Below, piece after piece: positions 10,698 through 22,545 of a DNA stretch of 64,000 nucleotides. A model generated the notes under the pieces. It saw only the letters and a program-made list of their open reading frames with translations, was not told the DNA's origin and made no database searches. Source of the stretch: Lophium mytilinum (taxonomy: Eukaryota); the NCBI GenBank assembly GCA_010093605.1, contig MU004194.1:130156-194155 (forward strand), written 5' to 3'. A program made the translations under genes and the position numbers. How positions within the stretch are numbered: position 1 is the stretch's first letter; every line of letters begins with the position of its first letter.

Positions 10698-12780
10698 GTT
10701 AGATGAAGTAGTCAAAGTGTTGCTTCGAGTAGAATTTGTAGCTGTATGGTAGCACGGAGAATTACGTACATATTATAGAAACAAACTCGTTCTACTTACA
10801 GACAAGGAGATCAAAGGACTGGTGACATGCCAAATAATAGTCCTAACCGGTGATAAGATCATGGCAACTTCTTTCCAGCTCACAGTGAAGGCGGGCGTGC
10901 CTGTGAGCTGAATGATGAAAAGTTGCTCGTTGCTCGTTGCTAGGTATGCAAACGAGTAAGTTAGATCCATGATCGCCTGTCAACTGATAAAATCGCAAGA
11001 GCGGGCTTAAAATGGCCGACACTATCGACGTTTGATGTTACAGCTCTATTCAACCTCATAGTGGACATGGTGTAGCGACTCTTCGTAGGCTTTGGAACGG
11101 TCGAGAAGCTAAAGGAGTCAGGCACCTTTGGTGGTCAGCTATTGGATAGTGGGTTCAGCTCCTCGAGCGTAAACAGTAGAGCCATATCTGACGAGTGATA
11201 GATGGCAGTATCCATAAAGGGAGTCATCAAATGGTTGTCACCCCGCGTTCTGTTGTGATGGAACTATCAACCATATGGTACAGTCGCTACCCTTTGTTCA
11301 GTCCGAAAGGATTGAAGAGGGGCCAGTTAGGGTATTAGCCAAAATATCTTGATTAGAGGTAGTAAGCGCGTTTCTCAGCTCCGAGGGTGAGTAAATATCG
11401 GCTCTTAAAATATAGACCCGTAAAGAGTAGGCAGCGTCTACTTGACTTGGAGCGGCGCTGTAAGGTAAATTGCCCCCTAACTCAAGCCCCTCGAAGCGGC
11501 ACGAGAGCGAAGCCTGGGTGTCCCCCAAGCCCATCAATCATCGATGTGGTCTTTGTTTCTCATACTTTTCCCACTAAAACGGGGTTACCCACCGTCAACA
11601 TGCCATGGTTATTGTTGATTGAATTGCCAAGAGCTGGGCGAAGCTGTGCTCGAACGAGACTTTCTATGAAAGGGAGTCGTTTACCTAGACTCTTCCACAA
11701 GGAAGCGGCCCGAAATCTGCCCTTCACATAGATGCGCACAATTCTCGGCATGCCGAGGTGACGAAAGACGCCGTGGTGGCTGCTGGCAAGGCTATGACGG
11801 AGGTAGTGATACTGCGATACAGATAATGATGAACGGTAACACAAGGGAAGACTTATAGAACGAAACGTGAGTCTTAGATTGCCAATATTACTCGAGAAGC
11901 AATCGCTGTCTGGTGCTTGATGGTTGATCTTCGTAAAAGCGAAGTCGCACGAAGTATCGTGAAGGATGTCATCTTTAAGTCAGGATAACTCTTCTCAAGC
12001 TTCCCCAATCGGTGAACTCCATGACTAGTAGAAAAAGAAAGGATCACACGAATATATGTGTCGTTATCCTAGAGCAGGTACTGTGAAAGGTAGTGGAAGC
12101 CTCTGGACGACGACAGCACACGCGTATCGAGGGAATATTGTGGGCTGTATGTAGCAGCTTCGGATCATGAGACGGACGGCTACCTGCTCAACCTGCACAA
12201 TGGAGCTTAAGAAGTTGAAGATGTCCGACTCGCATTCGAGATGAATGGTTACAAGGTGGGAAGGGATAAGCCTGGCCTGGTGTTTACCTCCCTCGGAACG
12301 TTGGTGGCATGTGCCAAGACCTCTCAACCACTTTGTGTGCGGTCGCAAGCTGGCAGCAACTTTGGTTGTTTCCATCATGAGCAGCTCGGACGGCGGCCCA
12401 CTACCTCTTCAAGTGATGTGTGATTGAGTCTAGAAGCAGGTTCAGATTCCAACAAGTCTTGGGTCAGGCCAGATTTCAACTGCCTGTCAAGCTGTGAGCC
12501 CCTCGAGGTTGGCTCTGACAAAATTTAAAACCGTAACAAATCAACTAGCGCTACATCTGCGCCGCGGACATGTATACAGTGAGTTTCACTGTTGATGTTT
12601 GGCGAAAGTGATGGATGAATATTATGAAACTGAGGATTCCATGAAACATGCAATTGGATGGCTATGCGCGACCTCAATGCCAGCAACAGTGCTCAAATGC
12701 CCAAGACGCCTAAACATGCAGAATCCCTACTTAGAAATGCTCCTCTATCTCCCTCATCCATCTCTTAGTAACCCCATGAA

Positions 12781-15660
12781 TTACGTGCTTGTCTACCCGC
12801 AGCTTGTCAGGCAATACTCTGTGGAATGACAAGGACACAGAGCTCAGCTCACCCAATTGAGCACCCACAACACCCCCAAAATCATCACCACCCTCCTCCT
12901 TAAAGTCTGTGCCCACCAACGTGATCTCTTCGTTCCGCCCTTCGACTCCAATCGCGCACTCGCGCTCACGGCCGCGGCCACACTGCCAGGGCCCGGCGTC
13001 CCGTTTCCGTAGTCCGGCAGCCTCAACTCGCTAATCTTCCTCTCATGCATAGGCTTCACCTCACTAGCCACCGAAACAGCCTCCGCGTTCCCCGTGACAG
13101 CCAGAGTCAGCGTCGCAGTTGCACAAGCAACGCGCCACGCAAACCATACGAAAAGTGGTAGCAACAACGCGACATCGCGCCAGCGATCATGCCAGAAGCT
13201 TCCGTCGCCGGAAAAGAGGCCAGTACTGAGCAAGGCGCGGCCGTCACCGGCAAGAATCATGTGGTGCTGGAGCACGTAGAGCTCCAACGAGTGTCGCCCG
13301 ATCCACGCGAAGGCCGCCGAGTGGTAATTCCGCAGGAGACGCGTCGAGTTGCGCAGGACAGCAAAAGAGAGGATGGGGAGGAGGCTTAGGTAGGGTAGCC
13401 AACTGTTGTAATCGGACTCGTTGGTGTGGCTGCTCGATATGAGGCAGTATACCGGGATGAGACCGATGGCGACGAGAGTGAAGAAGGCGTGGAAGACAGA
13501 GAAGTAGTCAGTCAGCATTTCGCTGATGAGGGAGCGGGAGCGGGTAGCAAGCTGTGGGTAGGATTGAAGGTTTGCGATTCGGAGGTGGAGGATGGCGGTG
13601 AGCATGCCAACAAAGGGGATGAATTTGTCGAGGCCGAGGTGGAAGCGCCAGGCGGTGGCGTTCCAGGTGATGCCGCAGGTAAGGCGGAGGAGGAACAATA
13701 GTGACTCTAAGACTCCTTTGAGGTGTATAGTTGTTGACACGAGGGTGACAGAGACGAAGAGTTTGCCGAGTAGGAAGGCGATCGAGTCATTACGGCGATG
13801 ACCGATCTTGAGAGTAGCGTAGACGACGAGAAACCAGAAGCTAGACACTGAGATGAAATGATAGGATGTGTAGCGGGTGCGCATTATGAAGGAAAGTGAG
13901 CACGCGAGAACATTGAGGCGGGTTAACACGGAGGCTGCTCGCCGGAAGGAGTAATCCTTCTTCTGGAGGAAATACATGGTGTGGCCGTATCCAGTCATAA
14001 AAATGTAGCAAGATGCTAAGAGGCGAACAATCTCATATATCCATAACACCTTCGTTGCTCCGGTGAAATTGAATATCAGTATGAACATTTGCATCCAGCC
14101 TTTCCATTCCTCGGTTTGGCTGCGTGGAAGAAATGATTGTCTAATTGAAGTCCCAGGAAAAGATTCGGATCGACGGCGTCCTGGAGAAGACGGCGGTCCC
14201 CGAACGGTAAGAAGTCCCAGAGCCAGAGCGGCAGACAAAAAGGCGAAGAAGTCATATTCGATGAACTGCTTTCGGATCTTGTCGAACACTTGGGTCCGGT
14301 CTGCTAGGTAGCAGTACCACAGACATAGGCCTACGCTCAGTAATGCCAAGGTAGTGCTAGCAGAAGCATTGGCGGAGATAGAGTTGGATCGTTGGCGAGC
14401 TATGCTCTTAGCAAAACGCATACGAGCGGGGGTGTTCGAGGTCATACCTCTGGCCGACTTGATAGCCACAATCGGGAGGACAAAAAAGAAGCAAACCAAG
14501 GCCGCAAACTGAACCCAATTCACTGGCCTGTAGTCAACACAACAAGTTCGGTCGTAAGGGTATCCGTCCTGTCGTGCGGCTTTCGCGTTGCATCTGAGGT
14601 TCAGCACCACGTCCGCCATGCGACCTGCAACGTTCTCCACAACATGAAGACCACTTTCGCCATACGCGCCGTCAATCCCGGTGGTCATGTTCGCATAGCT
14701 CCACAATACGTTGAGGCCTTGATTTATGGAGAGTTGATCCAAGTACTCGTTCATACCGTCAATTTTCTCCGGAAGCATCGTGATTGCTCTCGAGGGCGAA
14801 AGTCTGTCGTACAAAGGTTGTAGAACTGGGGCGAAGAAAATCTGGTTCCCAATGCCGTCATCCGTGATTCGGAATCCCTTCCCGCTGGTCATGGTGTGGG
14901 GAGCGTATGCGGTGCTCGTGATGTTGTCAACGGCGTCTTGGAAGTCCTTCAGATTCCCGATATGGATATGACGAGCATGAGAATGGCCGCCTCCAATGAG
15001 CATGACAGTAGATTTACGCTTCGCCTCGACTGGGGCACCAGACCCCGCCCCTGCAGCATCATCCACGGCTTTTGTGGAATTTTGCGCACTCTTCCGATAT
15101 TCTGCCAGTTCTTCGTAAAGGGTTGAGGAATTCAAAAACGGGTCCCAAACGAACTTCAGCAATGCGCCCCCCGCACTGAACTCTATATCTTCATGCTTCT
15201 CTAATCCTGCTTTTTCCTTCCGGGCTTTGCTTTCATCCAACTTTTTCGCAGTCGCCCAGAATATCTGCCGAATCCCTGGGTCCCCAACAAAGAGGATCTT
15301 GCCTGACTCAGCACATCTGTTGATCTCTGGGCCGGTATATTCATGCAGCACGCATCCTGGAGGATTCCAATGCTGGAAGGGTCGTTTAGGGTCGACGTAG
15401 TCGGGATCGAAAGTTTGTTTTGGAGGATCAAGCCATTGGCCGTCGCGGATAAGGGCCTGGCATTTGTGAGGATCTTGATAGTCTTTATAGAGGGCTAGTC
15501 AGCTTCCTGTCTCGATTCGTGGTCTTTTTAGGAAGAACAAACCTATTACAGTTCGTCTATACAGCGTTGCAGCAAGAACAACAAGAAGCAAGAGGCATGA
15601 TGTGCGATTGAAGGCATCGGCAGGCGACGAGAAACGGGGGAACAGCCGTATACGAGGCAT
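12781..15660 (-). CDS. CAS1: Cas1p/CASD1-family polysaccharide O-acetyltransferase (N-terminal lumenal domain plus multi-TM acyltransferase domain)
   Basis: Motifs ILFVGD, GESGLHV, FLPRSQTEEWKGWMQ, YIFMTGYGHTMYF and WIGRHSLELYVLQHH. First exon MPRIRLF... with a signal anchor, intron ~15542-15484, and a last micro-exon (ACA AGC ACG TAA) ending at 12781. Confidence 0.9.
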
Positions 15661-16836
15661 TAGGGGCCGGATCCGCTCAATAGTGCTGCTATCGGTCAAC
15701 GAAGCAGCGGAGACATCCAGGCTGTGGACTCGTCGACGTGCAGTATGCGCTGTGGGGGGCTCGACCACAGTGCAGGGAGCACGACTTGGAAGCGCAGGAG
15801 GAGAGGCGCTTTTCACCCAAAGTCGTGAAGATGGTGAGAGCGCGTGTAGATGTTTTTCAGGTGTTTGTGACAAGAGCCATTATGAGGAAGGGGAAGGAGG
15901 GCACGCGACGTGCGGTGCATTGCCCCCCGAGTGGCTTCTTCCAAGCTTCTCGAAGTGGGCCCTCAGGGTGAACTTCTTCAGCCCAGCTCCCGTCTTATCA
16001 CCCCCGGACACGCACGCGTCACTTGGCGCGGGTGCTGACTGCCCACGCATACAGAGTCTAATACGACTCCGAACCCTCTTCTTTCATATGTTCCCTGGGG
16101 CAAACATTCAATCACCTTCGCAGCGGCCCATTGCCCCCAAATTGCATATTTCTGCCGCGTGTCTACCCCCATTTCGCGACACTGAGCGCCCTGCCAAGCA
16201 CTGTGTTGAGCTTAGACGCCACACCCTGCAGCCGGTCTCCGGACCGTCTCCGTCACCACTCAATCACCACTCGCCGGCACCTCACCCTAGACTCGCTAGC
16301 TGCCGCGTACTCCGGCATGGCAGATCCATTCACCGTCCTTGACCGTCGTCCTCGTACGCGTAACTAGCACATCCTTCGCCACTGCGAGCTTGGCTATCCT
16401 ACTCCAGACAGTCATATCAACCACTGAGATCTAACTATGCAATTGACCACCAATGCTGGTAAACCTTAATCGAATCTCATAGAGCCTGCTCAAGGAAGGT
16501 TCAATAGATGAAATACATCTTACACACGTCGTCTCACATCTCGCGGGAAAAATTCACAAGCAGCCTAAGAGATGAGAATAAGTATTTTTCTGGAAAGCTT
16601 GCGAGGGCTTTCAGCCCGATTGGTAGCTTTTGCCCCATTCCCTGACAGCTTGGTTACAATATGTCCCTGTCATTGTAACAAAAGATTAAACCCTGGAGCC
16701 ACTCCGTTGAAGTGTTCGCTTCTTCCCCACGTTTTTGTCTTACGCCCTTCTTCTTCCTCTCACTTAAGTCCCTCTGTTTCCATCTATTCTCAATGCGAAG
16801 TAGCATGATGATGTAACGACCGATTGGATGTCCATA

Positions 16837-18518
16837 TTAAAGGACGTACCGAAAGTACGGATTCTCCTTGTCCGTCAGGTCCATAAACGCCATACGATCC
16901 CGCTCTTCTTCATCAATTGGATACCCCTCTCTTTTCTTGTTTTCTCTCCACAGCACATAGTACAGCGTGATTGCGGCCGTGATCGTGATGCAATAGCTAG
17001 TAGCATCAGCACCTTTCCTGGACCGCTGTAATTTTTCACTGCAGTTCACTCACCTTATTATTAGCCCCTCCCACAGCTCCGGGTAATGCTGCGCCTTGGT
17101 CTGGCTCCTGACCAACTGCGGCCCCACAATATTCCCCACGCAAAGAGCGACGAAGATCGCCGCCGCCATTACGCTCTTCTTCGTTGCACCCGCCACGTTA
17201 GCCATGCCCACAACCAGCGCCATATTGGTAACACCTCCAAAGCACCCGATGATGGCAAACCCAGCTACCAGTGTCGGCGCACGGTGCAAATCATGGCGCA
17301 GCCTGCGATGATTGGCAAGCACAAAAACACGAGAATCAAAAGGCGAACGTTGGGGATTCGCGACGCGAGCCAGCCGCCCGCAATGAAACTTATGAACGAG
17401 ATGCCGCCGCTTGGGAATTGCAACAGAATCGCGTCGAGAGGGCTCCAGCCAAAAGTGGTAACGATAAGGGGGCCGAATCCCGATATGGCGCCGTTGATGG
17501 TGTATGCTGACGCCATCATCACCATAACGAGGTATATTTTGAGGTCCAGCAACGCTTCGCGAATCTGATATCACTTTAATTGCTGGCATCGCACGCCGGT
17601 CTGCCCTCGTCGGAGCCGCTCAACGGCCACGATGCGCTCCGCAGGCGTCAAGAACCATGCCGAGACGGGCGAGTTTGGGATGGCGAAGCACATTAGGCCG
17701 AACACGACGGTCAGAGCGCCGGCGAGCAGGTAGATGTACTGCCAGGACTTCAACATCCCGCCGTGGATCTGTACGAAGCCGTAGTTGAGCGCGCCGCCGA
17801 TTATAATGAACAGAGGGGCTGCGGAGAACCAAAACGCCTGGCGCAGGGCCTGCTCGCTTTGCGTGTAGTATCCACTAGTGATGCACATGAAGGCGGTAGG
17901 GATGATGGACTCGACGACGCCTAGGAAGAACCGCTGCACGTACAGCCCGCGCCAGCTAGTCACAGTCGCCGTGAGCATGCACACCAGGGCCCAGATGAGG
18001 ACCATGCCTCCCAGGATCCGGCCCAGGTTGAAGCGCTGCAACATGAATGCCATCGGGTATAGCCCGGCGAGCATGCCGAAATAGAATAAGCTCGTTGCCC
18101 AGCTTAGCCGTGAGGTGTCTACGGTCGGCGGCTTGGTCGACAACGGTGAGGGAGAGATCTTTGGCCATGCCAAAGAGGACGGCGTTGCCCAGAATGGCTT
18201 TATCATAGAAGACGAGCCCGTATCCTACCCACATCAATCATCAGCCATCAGCGCTTGGCTCGTCCTCAGACTGGGTAGGGAATGGATTTGCGCACCAAGG
18301 ACCATAGTAGGAATTGGAAACATATCGATCTTCCGCACTACCCTCTTCTCCACCGCCTCATCAATCTCCTGTGCGTGCTCCCCCACAATCGCCAGCGCGG
18401 CATCCTTCTCAAAACTACCCACACCTACGTCGTGACTGATAACCTCATGCGCACGGACAGATCCAGCTGGTCCGCCCTTCTCGAATGCCCCAGAATCTGT
18501 TGAGTTCGTCGAAATCAT
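16837..18518 (-). pseudogene. MFS allantoate/anion:cation symporter (Dal5-like) pseudogene
   Basis: Recognisable blocks KRVVRKIDMF, YDKAILG, SRLSWATSLFYFGMLAG, ANVAGATKKS and FMDLTDKENPYFRYVL. Broken by a frameshift at ~18135, an in-frame TGA at 17571-73 and a frameshift/deletion at ~17286. Confidence 0.85.
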
Positions 18519-20849
18519 GACATGCCGCGAGAGGTTGGAAAGCACAAGCTGAATTGGCAAGAGCAGAAGTGAGCTCTAGAGCTAAGTTTAAACTTGATCG
18601 AGCTTCCTTTGAGCTCAAGCTAGCTTGGCCTGGCCACGAGGTGTTGAACAAAGAACAGACAACGTCCGCCTCGCCCCGTACCCCTCCTCTGCCGCTAATT
18701 CGTGGCGAGCGGCTGGGCGATACGCATGCGGCGCGCCCTTGCTTCTAATGATATATCGGGCAGTCCGGGGATACGCATTGTGGTGGCTGGCATTTTCCAC
18801 GTGGTTTCCGGGGGCGCGATCTCCCTTGCTTCAGCCATGCTAGCATGTGGCCAGAAGTGTGATGCAAGGGCAAATCAATTCACTACTTTGCTTAACAGCT
18901 GCAACCATACTTATCAGATATTGGAAGGTCTTTGCTATACAGCCATGCTCATGTGAAGTAAACATTGCACCCCTTCTCTCCATCCACAATGACCCTGGGT
19001 GGTCGTGGGTACCGGCGCAGCCGCCCTCCTCATCCGCATCGTCATTGTTCTCGCGTGCTAACAACCCCTTGGCAGCGTCGATATCCTTGACCATAATGGC
19101 TTTCTCGGCTCTCCGCGCTCTGCAAATGAATGCGTACATCTTGCCATACTCGTCCATAAAGCAATGCTGAACGTGATCCCCAAAGACGAACCAATCAGAC
19201 CCCTGCACGGCCCTGCGCAGAGCTGAATAACAACTAAGCGAGATTTCCGGCCTTCGCGCCGAATGTAAAACTCTTTCTTTCAACCTCACCGTCGGTGTCT
19301 CCGTCCCGCATAAACCAGCCCGTAACACTCGCACGCCGGCGCCATAGCCTATGCAGCTCTCCTCTAAACAGACTCAAGCCTAGCACAATACATGTGTACG
19401 CGGAAACAGCAGCTCGTGGTAATTCCCGCTGGGCAGCGCAGCGTAATTATCTATACCCGCATGTATCGAACGCCACGATCGAAGTTATGATCTCTGCCAC
19501 GCGAAACGTCCGATCTGCGCTGCCTGCGTGCAACAAAACTTAACCGACGCCGGCCATAGACCGGCGAAGGGACGGCCTCGCACCGATGGAATCGTAAATA
19601 TTCGACCCCAGCTCCACAGCCCGCGTAATCCCTAGCTACAGTAAGAAGCACAAAATGCGAGTTACCAATAGAGCTTCCTTACCCCTCTCCCCCAGTCTCC
19701 CACCTCGCTCGATCCCTGCCTCCCCCATGCACCGATCTAGAGCTGGATTGCACAACTGCAACGAGACAAGAGCAAAACCCGACGATCTTTGAGTACGGGG
19801 CCGGCCGACACATCGCTTCCACGGCGGCCTTTTTCGTAATTTATCCGTCGGGACAGATCATTCCCCTCCCTTTCCTACCTTTCTTGGCGCTGCTTTAGTT
19901 CTTCTTCTTCTTCTTCGAGAGAGAGCGATGCAATGGGATGCGCGAAAAGCGCCCCGCCCCACGGCCTTCCGCGCGTGTGGATGTCGTTGAAGGCGTCAAA
20001 GGGGCGGGGGTGCGGCGCTGGGCTATGATGGTAGAGGAGTGTGCGTGATGGCTGATGGCGTCGCCCCCTCGCCCCCTCACCCCCTGTGTGGAAGAGTAGG
20101 CGAGGCTAAGCCGTGACTTCGAGATGTCTTTGCGGGCAGCAGCGCGGGTCTAGAGTCCGACGACGCGGGGGGCGGGCTATGTGGTAGCACGGCGTGGTCC
20201 GATCTCCATTGCTTGGAAGCAGTAATGGGCGGGCTCTTGTTCCTGGCTTCTCTTTGCCTCAATGACTCGCCCTCCCTTTGTTGGCGCTGCCGTATCGCGC
20301 TTTCAGAGTCGTGTAGCAACATCAAAGCTGACTTCCAAGATTTTGCTCACGTGCTGAGGTCTGGAAGAGAAACAAGTTCGTGAAAAAGCGATGGTATTTA
20401 GTCATAGGTCTGAGAATCCCAGCGCGATCGAACAAACGCCGGTTGCAAGTTGTTGCCAAGCGCAAGGTGGCGCCTATCCAGTTCCCCTTTCTCGGCCACT
20501 TTACAAAGACGACGACGCCGACCTTACACCTCTTCTTCCTTCCAGCCATAGAGCATCCCCGCCTTCCCCCCCGAAACCCCTGATGACTCCCCAACTCCCC
20601 GAAGGTCGCGAAAAACAACGAGCAAAACGCCGCTCAGAACCAACCCATGTGCCGCTAATGTGAGCCCCCTCCGCAGTCCAGCGGTGCGCTCCCCCAAGAA
20701 AAACAAGGGTCAATGCCCGGAAACGGTATGAAATGCGTGTGTGCAAGTAGTGTGTGTGAGAGAGAGATAGGAGAGTAGGTATATGGTATGTTCATGAATA
20801 CAGAGCCCCGAACCAAAGGAAAAACACTTTTGCGCTCGGAGAACATCCT

Positions 20850-22545
20850 TCAGCGTCTCGACGAGCGTCTTGAATCGCGGGAGGTGCGCGTGTCGCTGCG
20901 ATCGCGAATCACGGGCCGATCCGCCACAGCAGCGTCGTAGCTTGGAATCGGCGGCTCGGGCTGGTGCAGCAGCGGCGCGTTCTCGTGCCAGTCGCCGTGC
21001 TCGTCGTCGCTCATGCGGCGGTGTCGCTGTTGCGGCGATCCCTCTGGGCTCTCGTAGTCTGGCGGAGCGTCGGTGTGCTCGAAGCCGAGGCCGCGGGAAT
21101 GCTGTTGTTGGATGTTTGTGGTGGCGGGGCCGCTGGTGCCCTCGCCGATGTCTTCGTTGGAATCTACGAGACTGAGTTGTGCGAGGGAAATGTCAGTTGG
21201 GCTTCGCTGCGGGCCGGGAGAGGTGGGCTGATGTCTTCCTAACCGCATCTGCTGGCTGCTACTTCTTCCGTGGCCTTGGAAGCCCGCTGAAATATAGCCG
21301 CCCATGCCCTCTCTGACGCCTTCCCGTCCTCCTTCTAACAGTATGCTGCCCTGTTCACTGCCGTAAGGAGGCGGGGGTGCCAGGCTGCCCGTCATCGGTG
21401 CCAACCCCCATTTCTTTACGTTTGCTTCAATGAAGACGAATCCGAGCTGGCCGAAGTTTACGTGGACCTGACAGGGGCCGTTGGCGCCGACTGAGGGAAA
21501 GAAGTTTTGGGATTTCATGCCGTGTGCCACGTCGTCTAATTTCTTGCCGTTCCGAGTGAAGAAGATGGTTCCTGTGCGAGGGCGGTATCCGACTCCAATT
21601 ACGTCGCCTTGTACGTACGCGGGGCCATATGGAGTAGGTGTGAAGGGTTGGTTGAACCGTCGTGAGCCATGTGAGGTGTATGCTACAGAGAATCTATGGT
21701 ATCCTTCGAAAACATCAGCTCGAGTCAACGTCATTGTCTTCAAGTGCATGCATACCTGGTAACCTAAAGAGCGGATAGGGCTTTGTGGTCATGCCGATGG
21801 AGATGGTGGAGGTGTCGGGCTTATCATATATCTTGGCTTCCCAATAGTATACCTCGTTCTGCTTTGGTACGGGCAGGTTACTCTGAACGCTGCACTCCGA
21901 GTCGAAGAACTCTATCTCTGTCCTGCCTTCGACAAAGCAGTTTGCTATTTCTAACTCGGGCTCGAATTCCCATGCTGATACGCCCTTCTCCTGTATTGCC
22001 AAGAACTGTGATAAGGAAATGTCGGTTTGTACGGATTCGGGCGGGTTTGCTTGCACAAATGCTGGCGATTGTCAGTAAGTTACAGTTCCTAGCTTGGAGC
22101 GGTCTCCAAGTATATAAGGGGCAAAGAAGCCAGCGATCGTACCCTTTGCCCGTAAATACTCCATCCTTTGAATGTCGTCCATTTCCTCCAGCGCCTCCGC
22201 CTCCTCCTTAGCAAAGGCCTGCTCATCATCGTACTCTCCAGGCCTGCCTATCCGGTCTAAGAAGATGCGTCCTTGCTGGGTGTATCGGAAGAAGTAGACG
22301 ACGACGGCGATGAGGATGACCAGGCCGGCGGCGCCGAGCACTGAGAAGATGCCGATCATGATTCCCTTCGCGGTCGATCCCAAGCTGCTTGAGATCCGCA
22401 CAGGCTCGTTATAGCCCCTCTGCATGCCTTGGAGAGACTCCATCACGATAGCCGCCGGCGTTGATAGGGCATTCGACGATGGAAGGAAGGCCTTGGAGAG
22501 AGTCGTTGGCGGCGGCTCCGCGCGCAGGCCAGGGTGCGCTGGCAT
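20850..22545 (-). CDS. SSH4: Ssh4: single-TM SPRY-domain Rsp5 adaptor
   Basis: N-terminal TM (GIMIGIFSVLGAAGLVILIAVVVYFF), SPRY motifs YYWEAKIY, KPYPLFRLPG, GDVIGVGY and FFTRNGKKL, and PPPY/PPDY PY-like motifs; two introns. The start could instead be the Met at 22443. Confidence 0.92.

Noticed and set aside
11000..12500. Additional gene between the Cys-rich pseudogene and CAS1
   Set aside because: Only short ORFs with no recognisable motifs or splice-consistent structure.
12781..15660. 'Cas1' as a CRISPR-associated gene
   Set aside because: Name coincidence only: this is the eukaryotic Cas1p O-acetyltransferase, and there is no CRISPR array or cas operon.
15602..16342. 246-aa plus-strand ORF
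   Set aside because: Non-ATG start, antisense to the CAS1 5' end and promoter, and no motif.
17571..17573. TGA recoding (Trp/Sec/readthrough) in the MFS gene
   Set aside because: The same gene has two frameshifts and other genes use TGA as a stop, so pseudogenisation is the simpler explanation.
18840..19651. Relic transcription factor beside the MFS pseudogene
   Set aside because: Protein-like fragments, but no Zn-cluster or other recognisable motif in any frame.
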